From positions 3,216,707 to 3,277,717 of the forward strand of contig NW_003526943.1 in the NCBI RefSeq assembly GCF_000181795.1: a stretch of DNA of 61,011 nucleotides, read 5' to 3'. The position numbers and the translations under genes are program-made. Source of the DNA: Trichinella spiralis. Its lineage: Eukaryota. Under the pieces are notes generated by a model. The model did no database searches, was not told the origin of the DNA, and saw nothing but the letters and a program-made list of their open reading frames with translations. Positions 53,735 through 61,011 of this stretch are shown here, piece by piece (the stretch's first letter is position 1; each line of letters opens with the position of its first letter).

Positions 53735-55970
53735 TTTGTTGTAATTTGACAACATCCAAGCAATAATTTATGTTATTTCAAAGAGATTATTTATAAATAA
53801 AATGAAATACTGACATGAATGTATATATATATATATATATATGTGTGTATATGTGTGTGTAAGGATACAACATACGTATCCAAAGAAATGATTAAATTAA
53901 GATCATGATTATTATCATTATGAGGTGCTTATGCTTGAAAAGCTCATGTTAATGAAAAGGAAACGTATTAATAAGTTTATATTCAATCTTTGCATATTAT
54001 GATTATAAATTAAAAGAGATCTGTTTTCAATGCAGATTAAATTTGTTAAACAGAATAAACTAAACATGATCTTTGGTAAAGTCATACGATAATAAAATAT
54101 AAACGATGATGCACATTTTAAAAATTTGAGTAAAAAAAGATATTATGAAGAATATTAATTTTGCCAAATTGATTGCCTTACTTTTTGGAATTTGTGATAC
54201 CTTTCAAGTAAATTTTCATTAAAAAAATGTAAAAGAACTTTCATAAACATGTGAAGTTAAATAATCAATTTTAAGAGTAATTTTTACCAATACTTTATTT
54301 CTGATCTTCTTACAGAAATAAATTGCTATTTTCATTATACAAATCATATAGTCTTTGTATTTTTCTTTATTTTTTAATTTTCATTTTTATGGAGGATTAT
54401 TTTTATTAAAATTTGAAATATTACACATTTTTAAAGAAGATCAATTATAAAAATTTCAACAATTTATTTCTAATGTGAATTTAAACTTGATTTACTACAA
54501 CAACTATAAAATATTGTAATTACATTTGTTGAAAAATATGTTAGTTAGTGTTTATGAAAATATTAGCATTAAAAATATTTAAAGAAATTAATTTTGAATT
54601 AAAATCAAATTACAAATTTATGCATTTAGAAGATCACTTGACATATGAAGGATAACAACAAAATACAAAGCATAAAAATAGCATTAAAAGTTTACAAGTA
54701 AGATTTTACTTTGCATAATAAAAGCACGAATTTTATTTATTCATTAGTCATTTTCTTGAATAAAAATGCAATATTATTTAAGAAGATAACAATAGTTTAT
54801 GGTTTTTTAAGCGTCGTTTTTTTATTTTGCATTTTTTTCTGGTAATTTACGCCGTATTATAGAGTTTGTTTTCAAATGCAAAGCTTTTATCCACAGTTGA
54901 TTTATTGTTGAATAGCAATTTTAAACATATCTAATAAATTTGGTATTTTAAAATTAAAGTTGTTTGTGTATACTTATTTTTATTTCTATTTTAAATCATA
55001 TTATTAATGCATTCGCTTTAAAATGGAATGCTTATTATTTACTTTAAGTGAGTTGTTTATGCAAAGCGCGTCTTCTATATTAGATAATCTTTAGTCTAAA
55101 ATTGCTAGTTAATACTACTAAATTCCATAGCATTGCACAACTAGAATGAAATTACATCGACAAAATCACTCAAACGAATGCACGACACGATTATAGATTC
55201 ATTTTAAATATAATTGATTTCTGTTTCATACAAACATATCATATAGCACACTGAAGAATAAATTTAAATTTACATCCAGTCCTGCTGATTGCAAAATAGA
55301 CAGTGTGATATTAAAATTAGAAACAACGATTAATTAATAGATTTGCTTTCATTGCATTTCTATTGTTGAATACTTTGTTTTCACATTTTAAATTTATTTA
55401 AAATAAATTTTAATACAACTATTACATTAATTAATTATTAAATAAAACTGAAATCAGTACTGTTGTAATGTTGATCAAAAGTTTAAATTAAGTTTTCACA
55501 TAAAATTGGTGATTTGTTAAATAAAAGCATATCAAAACATTCAAATAACTCGAATAGAACATTTATTCCTACATTTCAAATATGCAATTAATAAATCTAA
55601 CTGCAATTTTACGTTTGTGTTTCAAAGTTACACAGGATTTACTTACTATATGTGAAAAACATAAATTTAAGTTTTATTGTAGAAGTTTAATTCATTCGAG
55701 TTTTCCTACAATATTGAAAAGTATTGCAAAGTTTATTGTAAAATTTTAATTTTAGAAGTATATTATTCGAAACAAACTTACATATAAAGATATCGAAATT
55801 TTCTATTTTCAGGTAAGCTGATTCGATTAGACTTATTATTTATTAACATTCATTGACTCACTTCATGAGTTTAATTTTTCAAATATATTTTTAACATTTG
55901 GAACAATTCATCATTTATATATATATTTATCATCTCATTTATTATAATTGATTAATTTCAAATATAACAG

Positions 55971-57133
55971 CTTATAGTGAAGTTTTGCAAAGAAAATAAA
56001 GAACTCTTGATCACCGCATGCAACACACTCTTTTCCACACCATTGAACAAAGTTATTCTCAAGTACATCACAGTATATTTTCATTCTGATGCGAAGTGAT
56101 GAAATCAGTTTGGAATTAAATTTTCTGTTCTTTTCTCTCTTTTGCATTCTGCAGATCGCCTTTGAAAGTTGAACTGCAATCACAGGGCTTTTCTTTGTAT
56201 GTTCACAAACCGTCGCGTTTTGCTATGATTTATAATTGATTGTATGGAAATGGTAAATTTTATTTGCATTGCACATTATATTTGCTTGCAGTTCATATTT
56301 TCTCCCCTGTCAATAATTTGTATCTCATTATTATGCAACTATCGGTTTAATAAAGTAACAATTCAATCATCATATCATGCTTTTGGCAGTTTTGCTAAAG
56401 TTGAACAAAAAAAGATTTATGCAATTTGAATTCAAATAATCCACTTGAATCAGGTGCTTATTCTCGAACAAAATTTTAAATATTTCATTTGAGCAGTTGT
56501 GTATATTTGCAGTTGTTTTAAACTTTTAATTAATAATCAGTCAATAACAATCAACCACTCATTAACCAACTTATTAATAGATTAATTAAAAAAATAATTT
56601 ACTTTCTTATGTTTGCTTTTCTAACTAATGTGCAGTAGTAATGTTATTCAATAATACAAAATGAAATAGTTGTTTTTTGCTTAAAATCAATTGTCCAAAT
56701 AATCATAAAAGAACTGTCAAAATGAATATCGAAGTGTTTAGGAATTATCTGTCTTTTTGCAATAATTATAGCAGTTGAATAATTGAATATGATTTTTAGC
56801 AAGCTGCAATTTGCGTGTGCGTGTATAAAACTGGTATTAATTATTTTATTGCAGTTGAGAAAATTTGAAAAGAAAGAAATCGACATTTCGAAGTATACAC
56901 TGAGCAAGTATAAAGTGTGCGTGTATCCAACATTGGAAAAGTCTTTGTCTTGTGGATGTAAGCTGATAAAATTGATTTCTGATAATCCGAAACAGAAGCA
57001 TTTGTATAAAACCACTCCAAGCAGACCACCAATCGAAGCGTTCGCTAAAATCGATACATCTGTTCCAGTAGTGCGGGAGGCTGCCAAAGTTGCTGCTCTG
57101 ATGCTGTTCTTTCAATTTTCTCAAATTTATTAA
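55971..57133 (+). other. Possible exons of an unidentified gene
   Basis: Less AT-rich blocks near 55971-56251 and 56855-57133 have plus-strand polypyrimidine/AG acceptors. I could not build a coherent model or recognise a domain. Confidence 0.25.
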
Positions 57134-57218
57134 CAAACGTTCTGATAAATTATAAAGTAAGTCAGTCAACTTGTTTCATATTTTTCAAGGTTAATAAAGC
57201 TAACTAGAAATAATTTCT

Positions 57219-57251
<33 letters not shown>
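57219..57251 (+). repeat. (AAT)n microsatellite, with a G run at about 57277-57287
   Basis: Directly visible. Confidence 0.85.
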
Positions 57252-57253
<2 letters not shown>

Positions 57254-57682
57254 TATTCAACGCATCACAATTTACAGGGGGGGGGGGCAAAAATCATTTT
57301 CCAAAAATTGCTCAATCAGTACATTAAATTTCTATTGATTCGTATTTTAAAATTATTTGTTATTTCATTTCAAAAATATTATTATATTTTGCTTCTATTT
57401 TTTTCTCTGCTGGATTTCATGACATTGAAATGACAACAATGACAAAGCATTGTCACTGTGTTAAATATTGACATTGGATTTTCACGTTGGTTCAGTGTTC
57501 AAAAATCCCTGGTGACTTGATGCTTTCACTGATCGACTCTTGCAAATTCAATCTTTGCATCTGCATTGAAACTTTTTTGTTTCACACCACTTGTCACTTG
57601 TGAATATCTTTTTTTTTCCACCCACTTTGCAGAAGCTTTGCCAAAGCTTGGAGTTCCAGAGAGAAAATGTAAAAGCTGAAAG

Positions 57683-59172
57683 ATGAAGCAAGGCGAACAC
57701 CTACTCCTTCCACGTGTTCAATCGGAAACTGCTGCTCTCTCGGATGAGCACAACGTCCGACCACAGCTGCGGCACATTCCATGGCGTGGCATCATCTACG
57801 CTATCTTTTTACTCGCCTTTGGTCTGACACTGAGCGTGGGAGCTGGACTGCTTATTGTTGGATCAATCACCATTTCCGTGAGTTTGATCATTTATATAAT
57901 TATGTAAAATATGCTTTACATTAACTTTTATGCTGTTTTTTTCCTTTTTTATTTACATTTTCATATGTAAACTTACTTTCAAAAATTCACATTACATGCT
58001 TGCATTTTGTTTATCTCAATCTCAATATTGATCTTGTTTGCTAAATAGCTCACGAGAAAACAATCCTAACACACCTACTCACCAATTATGATTTCATTAT
58101 TAATTAAAAATTAAAATTTCCTAAATAATTCTGCTCTGAATGAATTACACTGAAATAGTTTTTACATAAAAATGAATACTAAAATCACTCTGCTTGCAAC
58201 ACTTAATTGTAAGCTTTAATATGTGTCAAATAATTTTATTTCTATTTCAGTTCTTTACCTTTTTGTAAACTTAATGAAGCAGATTGTTCAGATAAAAACA
58301 GATAAATTATTCAAGGAATTCTTTTTTTTATCATTTTCAACACAATGTGTTCATATTGTTTACCATTTTCATCCCAATAAAATCTATCATGCTGAGAATA
58401 TATAAATAATGTATCATTTCAATTTTTTACTTCAATCAATAATGATTGCGCGTGTTTTTATTTCAAAATAAAATACAAATAGTTTCACTTAATAATAAAT
58501 AATTTGAAGATTTCATAAAAAGTAATAATTCAAGCTGGACAAATGGTGGCTAAATTATCAGTATTTGTGATTTATAAATTTCAAATACATGTAAATGAAC
58601 TAAACTAATTTTGTTTTCATTGAAAACACAACTAATATTCTATCAAACAGTGTTTCAATTTAAATGTACATGCATCAAAAAAATTTGTAAAGAAATTAAT
58701 GGTTTCATTAAATTAAAAAGGAAATGATAATAAAAGTAATGCAACCGTAATTGTACATCAGCTGTAAATGATAAAATTTAAAATTAGGAAGTGCTTAATC
58801 TTCGTTTCAGAACTTCATCTTGGTTTTGCAGAAATTACCAAATATACTTCATTAAATTAAACAATGAACTTTCGTGTTATCAAGCCAAAATTAAAAATTT
58901 ACAATCCGAATTAGTTGAATTAATTTAATCTTTTTTAAATAACATTTAAATATTACAAATTGAACATTTTACTGCCGCAAAAATTCATCATTTGAAAGTG
59001 ATTTTGAAATGCATTTCAGGGAATTGACCAGTATGCACCATATGCAGTTCTCACTCTAGGCATTATTTGCATAATACCGGGTGTCTATCATGTTACTGTT
59101 GCCTGTTTGGCTTTGCCTGGCTGTTGCAATTGTGGTCTAGAAGATATTCCCAATTTCAATCCACTCATTTGA
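57683..59172 (+). CDS. TMEM230: TMEM230 family two-TM protein
   Basis: Exons 57683-57877 and 59020-59172 (phase 0). [16 protein letters not shown]...[13 protein letters not shown]...EDIPNF, compared with TMEM230 IPYKAIALA...LPGFYHL...DDIPDF. Confidence 0.85.
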
Positions 59173-60086
59173 CAAAACTGATTTGTCAACTGCTTTGTTG
59201 TACTTGTTAGCGTTTTCAAAATCCGCAAAATGGAAAAGCTTTGAAAACGGGATGTTTTTTTATGTTATGTTGTTTTTTCATTTTGTTCCAAATGTCCGTT
59301 GCTGTAGCGGATCAATCGATTTGCCGGACAACGTTGAAATTTACAGATAGTTTCTGATTGTACAAATTGACTGCTTAACAAAAAGAATTGATTGTATAAT
59401 GATCACGCCAAGTTGGGTATATCAATTTCCTACTGTGAAATTCTAATTCTCGCCATTCTGTGAATAATAAGTGCAAGAAAATAAAATTGAAAAGCACTTC
59501 ACCTGTAGGAAGCATTTCAATATTAAACATGAGCAAAAGTCAAAATTCACTCCAATAAAAATCAACATAGTCAATCAATGGGTTTTTTCTGACAATTTAA
59601 GAACGTCACGAACGAAATCTGATTGTCTGTGTAAAACACACACATATATAAATATATAATGTGACGATTAAAAAAAGCAAATGAATAATTAATCATCGAA
59701 AGATTTAAAATACCACTTGCAAAAATGCAAAAAAAAAACATTTTCACTGCCTGTTTTTGTTACTTTTCGTTTCTTAATTTTTTCTTTTATTAACAACTTT
59801 CGACTCTTCAAAATTGCCCATGTCAATCAATATTGCTTTATAGAAAAAAAATAAGCTTTCATTTAACCTTTTGCTTTTCATTCAATCGATTGGTGGAATA
59901 ATTTAACTTTCTACACGTGAATAATGCAAATTGTCCATGAATTATTGCGATAATCAGCAACATAAATCATAAAAAATACCAAAAATTTACGGTTAAAAGC
60001 AAAAATCTTATTACGCATAAATATGCATTCAATTTTTCACTGAACGTTCCGTTCCACTTTGGATGATTCACCGGCATGAATTAAAC

Positions 60087-60658
60087 CATGGGTCGGCAAC
60101 CTTCTTCCAGACAGGGGCCGGATGTCATGTAAGTGAATGGACGGCGGGCCGCATTCATCTAAAGTTTATAAATTAAGATAATAATAATAAAACAATGTTT
60201 ATTTTATTAAAGCAATATTTATGCCATGAAATCACAACTGACACAACTCAGTGGGAGATTTGATGCTTTGTGCTCCCTGAAAGTCTCTCAATATTAGGCA
60301 GGTAACAAGCAGGATGAGGCCAGATACAGAACTTCCTTTAAATGGGCATCATTGACTTGTTCTTCGGGTATTTCATTTTTAAAAAGAGTTGTCTGCACAT
60401 ATAAGTACTGCTAAACACCGATGCCACTTTTTTCGAGTGAACTACCACGTTTGTATAAATGCCAGATTGAAGAATATAGTTTTCACAGAACTGTATGACG
60501 CCCTCCTTATGAAATTTTCATCCAAGCAGATCAGTAGTAGATGATCTTCCACTTTCTGTTTATCATGCTACTGTGGGCCGGCGGATATAGTATTTCATTT
60601 GGGACGGCGGCTGGATAATTTCGTCTGATGGGCTGGATCCGTAGGTTGCCGAGCCATG
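60087..60658 (-). mobile_element. Non-autonomous, internally deleted hAT (Buster/Charlie-type) DNA transposon
   Basis: 16-bp TIRs catgggtcggcaacct / aggttgccgagccatg (15/16). Degenerate 8-bp TSD aattaaac / aatcaaaa. Minus strand retains a transposase C-terminal remnant: VASVFSSTYMCRQLFLKMKY...NDAHLKEVL...PNIERLSGSTKHQISH*. Confidence 0.88.
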
Positions 60659-61011
60659 AATCAAAAGGACATTAAAATTTTTTAAACTATGTTTGTTGAA
60701 GAAAATTAACAGTGATCATTTTCTAAAGTCAGATCGACATATTAATTACAATACGCTAATTTATTTTTATAAATGTTTTTACAAAATAAATTATAAATAT
60801 TATACTAAAAATATTAAATAAAATATAAAATGAGTAAATTGTAAAAAATATTTGCTAATAAAATTGTTCCTTATAATATTAAAACTTCTTGAATTTTTAC
60901 ACTTTGACAAAGTTATGACATTTCAGTTTTGTGCAATAATATAACAAATTTTTGATCAGAAATATTAAATGAATGGGGTGGTTTTACTCGGTCCCGCTTT
61001 TCTCTCATTGG

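Noticed and set aside
59168..59335. Short inverted repeats in the TMEM230 3' region (cgttttcaaa/tttgaaaacg and others)
   Set aside because: Short AT-rich stems are expected by chance; no SECIS or other recognisable motif.

Overview
AT-rich eukaryotic genomic DNA with compact genes and short GT-AG introns. It is most consistent with a nematode, probably clade I (Trichinella-like); this is inferred from composition and gene content. I assembled spliced models by hand. In order: a partial ZnT/SLC30 zinc transporter (-) with an intronless LC8 dynein light chain nested antisense in one intron, intronless GC-rich ATAD3, a protein made only of three dsRBDs, a FAM20 kinase, Nup153, two tandem IR25a/GLR-7-like ionotropic receptors separated by an internally deleted RTE/BovB-like retroelement, a short IQCB1/NPHP5-like gene with an upstream RFX X-box, CHCHD2/10, DnaJA with a heat-shock element, UNC-93, ZPR1, UPRT, an NHLH-type bHLH, TMEM230, and a non-autonomous hAT element. 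The most notable region is the co-oriented block at 20.7-36.2 kb. It combines an X-box-associated miniature NPHP5 with two IR paralogues showing complementary degeneration: one keeps the gate motif and loses the ligand-binding residues, the other keeps the ligand Arg and loses the gate motif. All family assignments rest on motifs recalled from memory, not database searches.
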